Source: Tubiluchus corallicola | Lineage: Eukaryota > Animalia > Priapulida | Assembly: GCA_030141605.1 (NCBI GenBank) | Contig: JAQGDQ010000345.1 | Span: forward strand, 138,285 to 202,284 | Length of the DNA: 64,000 nucleotides | Direction: 5' to 3' | Part shown: positions 11,308-26,400 of the stretch, piece by piece | Layout: each line of letters opens with the position of its first letter | Numbering within the stretch: the stretch's first letter is position 1 | Position numbers and translations under genes: made by a program | Notes under the pieces: generated by a model | The model's input: the letters and a program-made list of their open reading frames with translations, nothing else | Told to the model about the DNA's origin: nothing | Database searches by the model: none

Positions 11308-12925
11308 TGTTAGTTAAGATGTTGTTCATGACAGACTCTGTACAATGGTAATTTTTTTAATTGTAATTCTAAACATGTCCTAATAGTAGGTCTGAGTGAT
11401 GTGAATTTTGCTGCTAGATCGTATCCCTTCTCCGGGCACATGAGTAATGCGAACCACTGCAGAAGGTTCACTCTGCTCTGTGTCTACACCATCTATTGAT
11501 CATACTGAGAAAGCAGTTTCTTAGCAATCAATTGCAAACTACTTGATAGTAAAGCTTTCAGTTATTCACATCCCTCTGCAGTTTGAATGTAAAAACTTTG
11601 GAAGATATTTTCCTAATTATGAGTGATACATTTTGCAAAGACAGAATTTTGTGAAATACGAAAAATGAACTTTTCTAAAAATTATACAGGTGCTTAATTA
11701 TGGGAAGTTAAGTGTACTTAATAACAAATTGATTGAATGAGGTCAGTTATTTTATGTTCACTTTTACAATTTTCTATGTTGTTGTGTAAAATTTGTCATC
11801 AAAGTTTAAATTGTATTTTTCTATAAAATCAATATTTTTATTAGGATAATTACTATGCTCTGTGAAATAAAAACAAAATCAAATCAAAATGGTGCTATTT
11901 ACGTCACATTTATTTGCGTACATTGTATAATTTATGTTATCACAGGCTTTATAAAATTTGCCACTCTTTAAGCTTGTAATAATTACTTAAAAACTGGATA
12001 TTTAAGTAATATTCATAAGTTATAATAGTTCTACTAATAAAAACTCTACACAAATCTACTCTACATACATGCAACTACCTAAAATGGATACTATGTACAA
12101 TGTAACATGTGCATTTTCGTCTATGTAAAATGTTACTGTATTTAGGCTAGTGCAAAGTACTAGTTTATAAGTTTGGTTAAACTTCAATATTGTAAATAGC
12201 TTAAGCAGAACTGCAAAATATAAACAACAAATGGAAATTTTTCAAGATTCCTAATTTTTCTGTAAGCCTTCTGGTGCCTATAGGGTAATCCAGCCCTGGC
12301 CATTACATGGGTTTTAATATACATGTAAAATTTATCATTCAAGGAAGCTAACTGATAGCTTTGCAGGCTTACCTATTCTTGGTAAAACAAATGCTCATGT
12401 GTTAAATAACTCTACTTCGCAATTTGTTCTAATACTAGGTTAAGTACACTACAGCTTTAGCCATATAGAATAGTATATAACTTACGAATGGAATAATATT
12501 TCTAATAGTATGTGAAACTGCTGTAAAATATAATTTAAAAATATTTATATATCACAATGAATGGAATTTTGTGCTATTAGAATCAAGATCTAATTAAACT
12601 AAAGTAATCATTTAAAATATTACAATAATAGACTAGCTGTGCTTCAACACATGCAAACAAACAAGTAAATAAAAACATTACACATCAATAAGGCAAAGCA
12701 CTTGCTTGGTTGGTTTGCGGGCTGCCAAGCATCACTTTTGCACGATGAAGTTTTTTACAGTTTTTCTACAATAATTAAGGACATTCATAAATTGTATAGA
12801 TGAACCCTGGTGATACGATTTTTATGGGACAAAGCATTTTATAACTCGCATGTGCAATATCACTGTGCAATACATACATTTTTAGACTTGACAAATTTGG
12901 TTTATGAAAGATCCCTGGAAGCTAC

Positions 12926-13111
12926 AAACGTGTTGAAATGCATCACTAGAACTGCCTATAATACTCAGTACTAATCAACTTATCCTAATTGAAATCGCCT
13001 TAAACGTGTTGAAATGTGTCACGTAGAACTACTGCCTATGTCAGATTCGTATTTAACTCTCAGTACTAATCAACTTATCCTAAAAGGAAAATTGCCAGTC
13101 TAAACATGTTT
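12926..13111. repeat. Imperfect tandem duplication (76-100 bp unit, ~2.1 copies)
   Basis: AAACGTGTTGAAATG...CTGCCTAT...CTCAGTACTAATCAACTTATCCTAA occurs at 12926 and 13002, with a partial third start at 13102. Confidence 0.85.
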
Positions 13112-14195
13112 TTCCAATATTTTAAAAATAGCAAATAAATTACTTAAACCGAATTTGTTACTTTCGTTGCATTTTGTTTGGTCTGCCATTTGTGACAAAA
13201 ATATTTTATTACAGGCATTAATGAATAGCCTCCATGCAGAAAAAATGTGTGTTTAAAAGCTTTGCAATCAGAACCTGTGTGTTGTTTGAAAAGGCTACCA
13301 GTCATGCTACCATATTAACAAACTAGCATGCTAATTTCTGAATTTTTTAGTGTAATCTTATTGTGCACAGTAGACAAGTAGCAATAATTTTATGAGGCAT
13401 TACATAGGTGCCGCTTTAATAGACTTTAGGAACGCGGTGTTTTGACCCAGTTAACTGACTGAATCTATTAACTAACGGGTGTAATGAATTACTAGTATGA
13501 ATCATCACTCTTCAGTTTAGTAGGCACTGCAAAGGCTATGAGAGCTCTAAATGTTAGGTTTTATGTTTATGTTTCATTAGTTGTTCTATGATGTTTGTGC
13601 TTGTAGAGTTGCAAAAAACTGTTAGATTACTGTCACTAGCATTACAGAAGTATTGCTTTATTTATTTCCTGGTCAGGTTATACTCTGCAGTCTAAATGCC
13701 GACAAGTAGCCATACTTTTGAAAATTGTACTACAAGTTTTCATTTTCATATAAACGTATTGAAGAAATTTCGGCAAAACATCGTAGGTTTTCTTACTAAC
13801 AAATTTTGTAATAACTGTGGACTTACTAGTTTTATTCCAAATTTGGCCAGAATTTTGAAAATTATCGTATTACCTGGAGTTTGGTTAAAAGCCTAACCAT
13901 ATAATCCAGATTTGACTATAGTAACTAGACAGTGCTATTCTATAAATATACTTTTCTTGCGTAATTGAGATAATTTTTAATAGCGGCTGCTGCTGGAAAC
14001 TAAGTGTTGACAATATCTCAAATTGTTGTTAAGCCCAGCTAAACAACATGCCAAAAAATGTTGTCTACTCAGACAACAGCATACGTGTGTATACTTATGC
14101 AGGGTTTTAGATCATTAATGTCACCTACTGGACAACATGCTCCACCGCCTATTAAAAGCAAATTAATAACTATACAGCAAAGAAGCGAACTTGGC

Positions 14196-14468
14196 TCACG
14201 ACTCTAAACCAATAAATGTTCCACTGCTCTCAGTTTCACGGATGGAAGGCTCCTCTTCATTTGTCTCTCTCTCCAACTCAAGGCATGTCTGCAACCCTGA
14301 GCAGTAATGTAACATCATAAGGGCTAATGCCTGGATCTTCTCATCCGATTTAGAAATGGCATTCTCGAAGCTTTCTTGTCGTTTGACAGAGCTCACCGTT
14401 TTTTGAGCTTTCACTAACTCGTTCCGGTGTTCCGTTTCTTCATCAATGTTCACCTGCAGCTTCGATAT
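14196..14468 (-). CDS. PDZD8: PDZD8 exon 22 (coiled coil, stop)
   Basis: ttttcaag|ISKLQVNIDEE...GLES*; an alternative in-frame acceptor lies at 14453. Confidence 0.88.
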   Translation of the reverse strand: MSKLQVNIDEETEHRNELVKAQKTVSSVKRQESFENAISKSDEKIQALALMMLHYCSGLQTCLELERETNEEEPSIRETESSGTFIGLES

Positions 14469-17400
14469 CTTGAAAATAAAAAAAATTGCACAGAAACTAT
14501 TTTTGCAGAAAAAATTTAGAAGAGAAGTAGGTTTATTAATAGTGTACCTTACTGTACTATATATACACATATGCATATATAGTAAGCTATGTATAACTCA
14601 AGCTGGTATAACTCGAATTCTTCTGTATCTCGAACAGATCTCATGGAAGGGATTTTCCCTTCCATTTTCCCTTTAGCAAACATCGTGTAACTTGAATTAT
14701 CGCGTAACTCAAACCAAATGCTATTAGAGGTGAACCAGTAATTTCATTTTTACATTTTTGTTTGATATTAGGTTACTAGTATATTGTCGAACGTTGATGA
14801 GTGACTCAATCTTGTTTTCTTACAGACATAGTCTAACTTGTACTTTCACATAACTTGAACAAGTTTTCCAGTTTCGACTTACATATAGTTTACTGTATAT
14901 ATATATATATATATATATATTACGTCACACGCGAACTCAATAGCACACTAAGCAATAAAATGTCGCATGTTGAACATAGTCATATTAACACATCTTATGT
15001 TTGTACCAACGATGCACACTAGCTAGTAGAACTAGGTAAATACATTTTAAAAAAGCTACTGCATATTATTGTAACACTGTTTTTTTATCAAGCTATATAA
15101 GCAATATGTCAGTAATGAAAATCGTCGGTGCTGATATTGCTGGCTAACAATAACTGATAAGGTGGAGTATGAAAAGTGAAATTAATTTTTTCGGTTATGG
15201 GTACCACGTGCCCATCCTGATCTATGCCTATTCTATTTTGGTTTTTTCTATTGATCATAATTAATTCTGGGTGTATAATGTGGTTTTATACAAATGTAAA
15301 TATATATAGTTTATACGAGCCAACAAATAAACTAAAATGTGAGGTGCATAATTTGTGAACCTAGGAATCCTCTTTTCACAGTTTTTAATATTTCATTCAT
15401 ACATCAAACGAGGGTCTTCAACAAAAATTTCTCATTGGTGTCTATTTTTTCAAACTGGATCAATCCAGAGAAACTGAGAGCAAAATACCCATGTTCAGGT
15501 GTTTCTTTGCTCTTTTTCGCAAAAAATAAACTTCTTAGTTTGAAAGAATAGAAATATGACAGGGGTTAAGCTAGTAATGATTCGAAAATCAGTCGACAGC
15601 AAATGTTATAGGTCTACTTTTCCAAAACATGCCCATCCAGTTATTTCACAATTTTGCCCAAATTCTTAGTACAGTGGAACTTCGACTTACGAAAACCCTA
15701 TTATACGAAAAATTCAGAATACGAATCGGGCTTCGCAGAAATTTCTGTCCCATTCAACGAAGAAATATTCAAGATACGAAAATCAAAAGTGCCGCCCGAC
15801 AGGGATCCTCCCAGAATGCATTTTGCAGCATCACGTGAACGCTTTGTTGTGCTCTTATCTCACGTGAACGGATTCAATAACCATGGGTCCGAAAAAAGTA
15901 AGTGCCAGTGGTAATGATAAGAATAAAATGATGATGTCGTCGATGGAAGCAAAGCTTAAAACTATAGCTAATATGAAAGAGGCATGCATTTAAGTGCTAT
16001 TGCAAGGGAGTATGAACGAAACCCTTCGACGATCGGTCATTAACGAACATATTTCTTTTGGGTGGGTACAATATCTTCACTTTATACGACTGTTTGGGGG
16101 GGGGGATAGAACCAATTACGCCATTTATAGGGTAAATCTTGTCTCATAATACGAAAATTCTAAGATACACAAGCCCCTCTGGAACGAATTAATTTCGTAT
16201 CTTGAGGTATCACTGTATAAAAAACATTGAAGTGTACGTTACGAGGTCTCAAACTCAGTTCCTTGTTCCGTAGATGAGAGAGAATTTATGAACATTTAGA
16301 ACCAAATTCCATTTTGGGGACTTTGCTATGTGAATTACAGGATGCCCAGCCATTGTTATTACATTGTCAATTATAGTTTACCCACCTTATCGTTCAGCTT
16401 TTCTTTTCTCTCTTTTAGTGGTTCTTTACAGTAGAGTTCTTTTCCCATTTCTTTAGCGGCCATGGCAAGGTATTCGCTGCTGGGATCCGTAGCTTGGACT
16501 GTCATGAGCCTCTTAATCACCTGATCTACCTCTTCTTCTGTGCTGTTTTCACGACTTAAAGTTGGCATATGTGAAGTCAAGCTGTGCTGTAATCAGCAAA
16601 ATCATGGTGCAGTAGTTAGTTGGAAAAAGTTCAAGATTCGTTTATTCAATGAACTGTGAACATAACACAGATTTAGCTAATCATTGCTGTAGTATATTAC
16701 ACAGAACACTCTCATAACATTTACAGGTATATGAATAACGGTTGTGCAAATTATTACAGTTTAGAGAAGTAAGATTGACTCAATTTTTTCTGATAGAGAC
16801 ATTTACTGCAAATTAACAGAGGTCTGCTTGCAAAGCTAAAAACACCTAATAAACAAATTAATTTTCTTGTTGTTGAACTAACAAATTTATAGCATGGCAA
16901 ACTGTCAAACTTTTATTACAATTTTATTACTCTCACACATATTATATTATATAAAATATGTATATATATTATATATATACATCATAATAATTATTGCTAT
17001 ATACTTATATAATTATAATTATAATTAATAATTTATAATTACGTAATGATGAATTATATTTGGCTAACTCAGTCACTTTTAGCTACTAAACTACATAGCG
17101 TCTTTTGTGTGAAAATCATCCCTTAATATTTTCTACCCTTAACACAAGTAAAAGCGGTAAATCTTCTTCCAAATGTCTACAAAAGAGGTTGATTTAAAGG
17201 AAATGTTCACCTTTAATGCATGCCATAATCACTTTCAAGCCCTAACATCGAACGAAGCCAACTAGAAGCTGAAACACTGAAATAATGCAAAAGTGAATAA
17301 TAGATTTTGCTAGAATATGTTAATTATTGTTGTTTAGTTTTGCTTGTGTGCTGTTAATTTACCTTTCGAGTCACACCAGGACTTGACTGTGGGGAAGGCG

Positions 17401-20400
17401 GTAAACTTTTTGACACTTGACTTCCTTGAGGTGGGGCAAGGAGCACTGGCTCTTGAGAAACAGTCCTGTAAGCAAAGGAGAAACATTGCCAAACATGCTA
17501 CCCAGCAAGAAAAAATGTAAATGCCACCACAATTACCCCCTTGCAATATATCCAACAATGCAGTTATAACCCATAACACTCTCAGAACAAACTACAACAT
17601 TCAAACAAAATAAAACCCCACGGGTCTTACAAATAAGACAGACAGCCAATTCCATTTTCCAGTACACTTCTCTTTGGAACCAATAAATGTCATGCTGTTT
17701 GGTACTATTTTTATTTCGCCATTTTAACGTTTAAAAGCTTTTTTGTTTTGTTTGCTTATTTTAAGTTCTTTTGCGATTACAATCTTAACTTTCTTTTTTT
17801 GGGTTTTTCTGCTTATTTTCATTATGTATTAAGTCACAATGTTTGTTCAATTTGTGTCTGTATATCTGCAAAATTTTTGTTTGTTTAGCTATGTATATTT
17901 ATTTTTCTTAATTTTAAATTCCTGAAAGTACTAATCAGGACTTTGTTTCAAACGAGCTTTGCTCAATCAAGTTATCCTGAATAGATATCTTTTTTTTTCT
18001 TATTTTGATAAGTTTGACAACTGTCTGTTTATAGTTATTTGTGGTTCCTTTCATTAGTGCCAGTACTATTTGCACATAACTGCTTACTAAAATGCTGTAT
18101 TGTTTCATTCTTGTCATTATGGCCTTAGTAATCCACCATTTTCATGCTTATAAACACTGTAACAATCGAACCTACCAGAAAGTACAATATCACGTTGATG
18201 GTAATATGTAATCTGCTAAAAAAATCAAGATTCATGCTAAACCAGTCTCCAGACTTTCAAGACGATTTAGCATCACTATTCTCTGAAGCCTACAGGCTTG
18301 CACAGTGTCAGTAGAAATTGTCATTGTTTTTAGGAAAATAGAAACAAAAATAGAAATTTTAGCTTCAGCGACTAAGCATTTTCAGTTGCCCTATCAGAAA
18401 CTAAACATAAACAAGCACTAACATTGTGCAGCTAAATTGGCTTTACTCCGAAATAATACTTAACAAAATGCTGCTGTTCATACGGCTTTCACCAAATGAA
18501 AATTTGCAAGTCTCATTATGCAAATTAAACTCAAATTCACTTTTTGGTCGAACAAAAAATTTGAATAGAATAAATACCTCATCTCAAACTGCACAAGTGA
18601 GTAATTTTATGAAACCAAATAACACTAAAATTAGAATATTATAGCTTTCAGTCACGTTTCACACTTTAATACAAAAATAAAACCCATTAAGGCATTGGTA
18701 GTATGAAAGACAAAAATAAACATCTTACTTCTGAGAGCCTAAGCTGTGAGTCCTGTGATGTTCAACAGGAGTCACGGGAGGTGACGAGCTTTCAGCGCTT
18801 GACGACTCGGCACCATGCTCCAATTCCGATCTAAGCTGTGATGCTCGACCAATGACCGTGTCTGATTTAGATACAGATGGACGCTTTATACCCATGCGTC
18901 TTCAGAAAACAAAATTAAAACATTCATTATTAATGCTAATTAACACCTGTAGAACAACACGGCTGAAAATTCAACTGGCATTTTCAAAATTCTACTTTCA
19001 TTTCTGATAATTCTATTGTGTTTGTTGGCAAAAATGGCTACAAAGACAAACAAATAATAGAAAAAATTTGCTAAAGAATATAATATGTGCAGACATGTTC
19101 AACGTATATACGATTTATTTCAAACTATTTTATAAAGCACATTCATCGGGTTAGCTATAAAACACATTCATCAGGTTAGTTACATAAAATAAATAACAAA
19201 AAAACAGTCCATTAGTAATTTAAAAAGTAGTAGTTTTTACATAAATAAAAAGTGCCATTAAGCCAAATACATTATGCCATATCGACTTTGTTTTTACGTT
19301 ACAGGATCACAAGTTATTCGCAACATATATAAATATCATTTAACTGCTGACTGACTAAAAAAGAAAATTTTTTTCTGTTTAAGTCGTCTAAATTTTAAGA
19401 CATTTTGAACAAATGAGAGTTGTGCCTTGAATAATAATGAAGTTTGATTTGAAAATTTGAAAATTAAGTTTTGAAACAACAGAGTGTCACAAAATACACA
19501 AATACATTTTAAGATTATTCATTCATATTATGTGTGTTAAGTTTTCAAATATGTAGCCTCTGAAAGATGAAGGTACGAAATTATAAAGACAATAATGAAT
19601 CAAGCAGTAAAAATACCCCAAGCAATGAGTTTGAGCTTCGCATCTTGCAAGGCATTTTCTGTGGCAAATCATATCACAAACTTGGCATTGGAATGCCACC
19701 TTGAGCCAAATCTGCAACATCAATGTGGTGAAAACTTATTTTGTTATTGGTATAGTTAACTTCAACATTGAATTGTAAAACCACTTGGTTAACAATGTGT
19801 CCTCTATCTTCATACTCAGTAGTTTTCCATGCATAGAAACAAATGGTACCAACCAAGCAAGCAGTGCTGCTGTATTAATTAATGAAAGTATAGCAAGTCC
19901 TCGTTTTACAATGGTTCTAATGCATTCCAGCAAAATATTAAATGAAGCAATATAGGAATTTTCTTTCCATATAGAAGACAATGTAAAAGCATAGAAAAGC
20001 CTCCAAGACAAGAAATAAATTCATAATACTTAGCTTGCAAAAACTGAGGTTTTTATGAGTTTTAAGTCTTACATTTATAAAATATTTGCTCACTAACAGA
20101 CAGAATAACTACTTACTGCAGAAATGATTTGCACGAAATTACAGGTAATAATTTCGTAGGCTCAGCTATTGCAACGAAATTCAGATTTCTAATTATAATT
20201 TCCTCCAATTAAACGAACCTTTGCTAACCAGGGTGTCATTAAGCTAGTGCTTATGTACTTGATATTACATATGATACAATATCCATCACATGACATAACA
20301 CTATACAATACGACATCATGACAGTGAAAATCCAAGATGTGAAACCACTCTTGATAAGTGACCAGTATTGCAAACATCACTATTCAAATCACTAAGAAAT

Positions 20401-23400
20401 TGTGGAAGCCAATCATAAATGCATACATCCGACATATGGATTTATGTCGTATACATCATTCCTAAAATTAACTTATGTTTACTAAATTGTACAGATTGAT
20501 ATTTCATACATGCATAAGTGTAAATTCAGTGACAGCATCAAATAGTGCAATATGTTTTTTTACAAGTGCATAAAACCACTATTGCAATAAATACATTGTT
20601 TATATGTGTCGGATACAGTAAACACCATAGCTTACCTTTTTACCACAGTAGTGACAAAGTGTTGATGAGGTAAACTGAGTACCAATAAATACGTGCTCAG
20701 CTTCTTCCTGAGACCTACAAATCATAAAATTTATTTTATTTTAATTTAACTCATTGGCATATATAACATCAAACACTTACAGGAATTATTGCTATGTAAA
20801 CTTAATTTTCTTAGTTTTTTGTTGTTGCATTCTCTCAGCCGTACATTTTAGATGGGCAACAGAAAAGTATCGAGCATGAAATACGTAATGTACCTAAACA
20901 ATAGAACACAATCTACCCAGGATATTAAAGCAGTCTTGCGATGTATAACGGCATACAGCAATACTTCAATTTTTGCTGTCACACTTGCACACGAAATGCA
21001 CATTGAAACGTCCTGCCAGTTGGGAATTTTATCCACTTGTGATGTCATCACTAGCTGTGGGTCGTTAATTAAGTTAAACTAGTATTTAATGTAGAGAAAC
21101 ATTTTTGGTTATTATTATTATTATTATTACTATAGGTAAAAAATTAAATGAATATTTTAACTTATAGGGAAATTACGAGGTATAGTCTGAAAAATCGAAC
21201 CCATTTGCCTTTAAAATTGAAAATAAAGATATCAAAATTAAGATAACAAAAGATAATGCATAGACAAATAACGTTTTTAAGCCTCGCCAACTAAAACCAC
21301 CAATTACTTTACCTCACAAATACTACAACTTATATGGCCTATGACTGCTGATCTGCTGAGCATGTTTAAAATATTTTTTTACATATTGTGCAAGCTAACA
21401 CTATGCAATAATTTGTTATTCTCAGCTGTAATAATCTCATTTTTTGCCAAGTATTAGACTGATTAATGCAATTATGTGTACAGTGATTGTAATTACAATT
21501 CTGAGCCAACTTGCTTTACAGTTTTAGAAAACTGATATTAAAACTCCCAAATGAAAAAACACTCCATTACATTGAGCCATGTGCAATATTAATGATGACG
21601 CCGACAGCTGAAATCACATTATACATTGACTACTTACGAAGGCGCTTCTGCTTTTTTGTCTACATGAACAAAACCGTCATCATCGCTGTCCTTTTCTTGA
21701 TAGCTGACAACATCATCTGCTATGCTGCTTAGCCCAATACGCTTTCCGGGATGATGTTTGAAGAGAACAGTGACGTCACCGTAGCACAAGCTAAGATCAA
21801 AACCAGGATGTCGTGCCAGGTTCTTCAAGCGACTGTTATCAAAAAAGCCACTTTTTAGAATAACACGATTTATTAGCAGACGCATTTTGATCCTATTCAT
21901 TTCATCAGTAAGCATTAATACATAAATAAATTACATACATACAAACAAACCCCAGGACTCCAATTTTATAAAAAAAACCGATATAGTAATAACAGTGTAA
22001 AAATTCATAATCTACATATCAAATTTAAGATTGTGGATATTTACACTGTCATTAGCACTTCTGCTTTTGGTAATTGTACATTTTTAACAGAAAAAATGTA
22101 CCAGGCATCTGTTTCTATTAAGAGAGTACAACACTTAATAAGCAACCAGATACAAATAAGCCATCACACTGTTGGCATGACTAAGTATTAAACATAAAAC
22201 ATTAAACATTGAGTCATTAATAACCAAGGCAAGCAGTAGCCCCATTTACTTTTTTATATTAAATGTTTTTAATTAAAAAATAGATATTAACTATATATAC
22301 TGCAATTACTGCACAGTTAACTAGGATTGTTACGTAATCATAATTACCAATTTACAAGCCTACCACCCACTTTATTTTCTACATGGCAAACAGCAAATGT
22401 GCTGCGCCAATTTTCTGGATGGGAAGTGAGCACTGTTACCACTGAGCTAGCTTGCTGGCAAAGCAATAAACAAAAGAATGCTAAAAGAAATGTACCTAGC
22501 ACTGGGTCTAAGTTCAGGAGGCCAAAGGCTATATGTTTCTTGAAAGGCCGAGGATTTGGTAAGAGCACATTCCAATGCGATGTCCATTAGTGAAATAGTT
22601 TGCTGTAAAACAAGATTATTATCATCCAAATAAAAACCAATTAATAGTTTGCTGTATATAAACTTATGTACGAAAATAAGTGTGTTTGTGGGTTTACTTT
22701 TACATTCAATTAAATGACTTTACAGACTGTGAATTGCAATGAAATCTAGCATTCTACTGGAGTTGAATGAGGACAGTGTCTCGATCAAACTTTGACTTTC
22801 CCAACGCCTTCCCCACAAACATTAGGCAATCTGATGTATGAGAAAATATATGCTTCAATGATTAAATACAGGTAAAATGAAAAAAGTAACATTATAATAA
22901 AAGACTTGGTTAAAATTTTTTCTTGACAATAGAAACACATTAATTCTTCAGCTAGGTTAACACCAAAAACTGAAATAGTATTGAAATACAATGAGTATTA
23001 AACAGTGCAGAATAGGACATACAGCCTTTATAAAGTCAAATGTAATAGTTTAGCTAGAACTAATATTCAATAAAAAAATGAGACACTATTATAAAAAACT
23101 ATAAAAAGACAGTTTTGAAGTTGCATTGACAAAAAATCCAGAAGCAAAGATATAAAACATATACTGAGAAAACTTGCACGACAACCAAAAGAAATCATCC
23201 AAATATATTCACTTAGCTGCTAAAAACCAAAGGTTAAAGCTCAAAATTCATTTTAGCCACTATAAATGGCAGGTGCATAAAAACTATCGAGAAGATGTAG
23301 TCAACCAGGGAATGTTTTCTTATATTATCAATATTACAGCAAATGCTGCATTGTAATTAGTGAGCTTATTTCTTTATTCTGATAGCAACTCATCAATTTC

Positions 23401-26400
23401 ACAAAACAAATTTAACAAAAACAACAGACAAAAACTGTAAATTCACAATAAAAAAAAAGGATTACAGCACATATACTTCACATACAATATACTGCATTCT
23501 ATTAAAACAAACAATTTTTTGTTCAAACAAAAGCATTTGCCAAGAATTCGTTATCCCAGCATTACGGACATCCTACTATCAACAGAATCAGATGTATAAT
23601 AAGTGCTAATTTGTCTATATGTACATTTTACTTACATAGCATGCTAAATTTTTATTTGCTTTTTTCCTGAGCAGTGTGCAAACTAGATGTCACCACCTGT
23701 ATTAAAGTTGCCACTTAAACATGTATGAACAGACCCTCAGTTTTACATGCTGCTGAACTTACGTGACCGAGTAAGATGTCTTTTTCAACACTGCTGACTT
23801 TCTCTAACTTTTCGGGATCGCTAGACCAGATGCACAAGTTCAGGTAACGATGTTCTGGTTTCACTTTCAGTATAAATGACTGGTTCCATTCCGGGTCCTA
23901 GCAGGTAAGAAACACACAAATTCCACAAGTTGCTTATTCATAATTGTGCTAATATACTAGATAATTACAACTTAATCACAATTATAATAAAAAAATCATT
24001 TCATTTTTAAACATGTTAACACAGTAAATACTGAAATAAAATAAGAGACATATTATGACAGACGACAGAGCAATATCAAAAAAAATATATACAAAGATTT
24101 GTTAATAATCACTTAGGACAAAAAATTTGCGAAAAAATATGTAACTTCAAGCATCACGTTGGGACAGTGGCCTAAGTATTTATGTGTTAATTAATTATTA
24201 AAGTTTGTGAAAATGTGAAAATGTTTACTGACCCGGCTTGAAAACACATACTTCGTCTTCTGCATTTCCACACCCTGTTTTTCTTTTTTGTCTGGCATAT
24301 CGACACCAATAGTGTCACTAGTTTTGTTTGAATCAGCATAAGTGGGAGGCACTATCAGTGAAGTGGTATCCGGACAAGATCGACGGCGTACAGGAGGGAT
24401 TTCTGAAGCATCTGGGATATCCAGTTTGCTACCAAATGTTGACTCTAAAAAATTTAAAGAGCATAATCAGCTGCAGAACTCAGATGAAATTTACAGTCAT
24501 CAGTTGTAAAGAGTTGCAAAACTGCAGCTTCTAGAAGAGTTTGCATAAATGCATTGCAGGTATCGTGTTACTTTAAGCAAAATTTAAAATATTTGAAAGG
24601 TTCTGTGAAGATCATTGAAGTTGCAACCAAATTCAAACTGCAGAATACTCAGTAAAAGATTACACAAAAGCCAAAGTAATACTTTTAAATAGATGTTTTA
24701 TCTGTCACTATTTGGTATGACAATTATACCTAAAATTTGTCTGCATATAAGTCACTACAGCAAAAAGAGAGGTTATATAATAAAATAGTTGGTAACTTAT
24801 ATATTGTGTTAGTATTAGTGTTAGTGTTGAATTACTGCATAACATAATTTAAAATGACATAAATGACTGTTATTTTAACTTACAGTAATTAGCAGTAACA
24901 CAATAAAAGTTCAGACAAATGTGCACAAATTAATGAATCAGTAACAAAGCACAAAAAACACAGCAACAATATTAGTGAAGAAATATAAATAAGTCAATTT
25001 ATAACAGTCAAAAGAAACATGATAAAAACCTTCAAACAGACTTGAATTTGAAGGAGATTCTGAAAAATAAAATATACTTTTAAAAAATAGCAAGTGCTGC
25101 ATTTAAAATTGTTACTAAAACTTGAATGTGAATAGGCGTTTTTTTGCAGTAAGTGACTGCTATGATAGCAAGTTTTAAGGTTTAGCTGTTGTTTCAACAT
25201 AATTTAGATTCGACATAATTTATAGACCAAAAAAGTGTCTAATTTATTCTCTCTATTCTATGAGAAATATCTGGTGTTAAAAGCTGAAAATAGTTGTGGC
25301 ACAATATTGTTAACTAAATGTAATTTTGGCACTGTGGACAGGTGACACACTATAGCAGCAAACCTGAACTAATGATTTAGAAATTATCACCTCATGTCAA
25401 CTTACCAGACAGTGGTTTTGTTACAGCAATTGAAGATTTAGCCGTGCCTGGTGGTAGCTTCCGAAAGGACTGCGTGGGACTGTTGTTTGGTGTCGCTGGA
25501 TCCCACAAGCCAGTTTTCTGACCAATGTAAAATAACGGACTTTTCCGCTGTGATGGACTAGTGCCAGCTTGGGCCTCTGCAGGCTTGTTAGATGACTGGT
25601 CACCATTTTGTGAAAATCTGACTTCGTTGGGATTTCTCAGTTCTTGAGTGTCACTAGAAATGGCCAGCAGCTGCTTTGCAAGATCTTCAACACATTCACT
25701 TGCAAATGAGCTCGTCAAGGTAACCTGTAATGCCAAGAAGTTACACCATTGGACAATATAACAGGCACTTAAGTAATACAATGTTCCAGACACTGCATAA
25801 CCACATATTAATACTAGTCTTCCTTTGAATTCCGAAAATGCTCTTACTAGTGTGTTCATCTTATTAAGTACCTGCACATTTTGACCCTTTTTCTGTTTTT
25901 CAGTTTTTTTATTTACAGGACAAACTAGTGATTTAATTTAAAAACGAGGTGTGTACGCATATAAAGTTTGATTAGAATTATTTTGAAATTTTGTAGCTAA
26001 TATCTTCTAACAAAAATGCACGCACATAAGTATATTCCTTTTCTGTTAAACCATTACAACAATATTTTGCAGAAAATATTTTAATTTTCGCAAGAGCTTG
26101 ACTGTAACATTCAGCAGCACATTTATACAGTTTTCTCTGAAAGTGAACAGGAAAATACCAGATCAGAAAATCTTATGATCCATGACTACATTTCGTGTAG
26201 TTGCTGTCAACTTCTAGTTTTTAGCTTGCTGCAGCGAATACTATTTAGATCACAAAAAATCTTCAAAAAAGAAGAAATGCTCAAAAATAATAACGGCATT
26301 AAAAATGGTTAAAAAGTTGCTGACAACAAAATGATCAAATTTGTTGGTATTTATAAGTCAGGAAATTGTAAAAATAAAGCTTAAATTTTACCAGGTAAAA

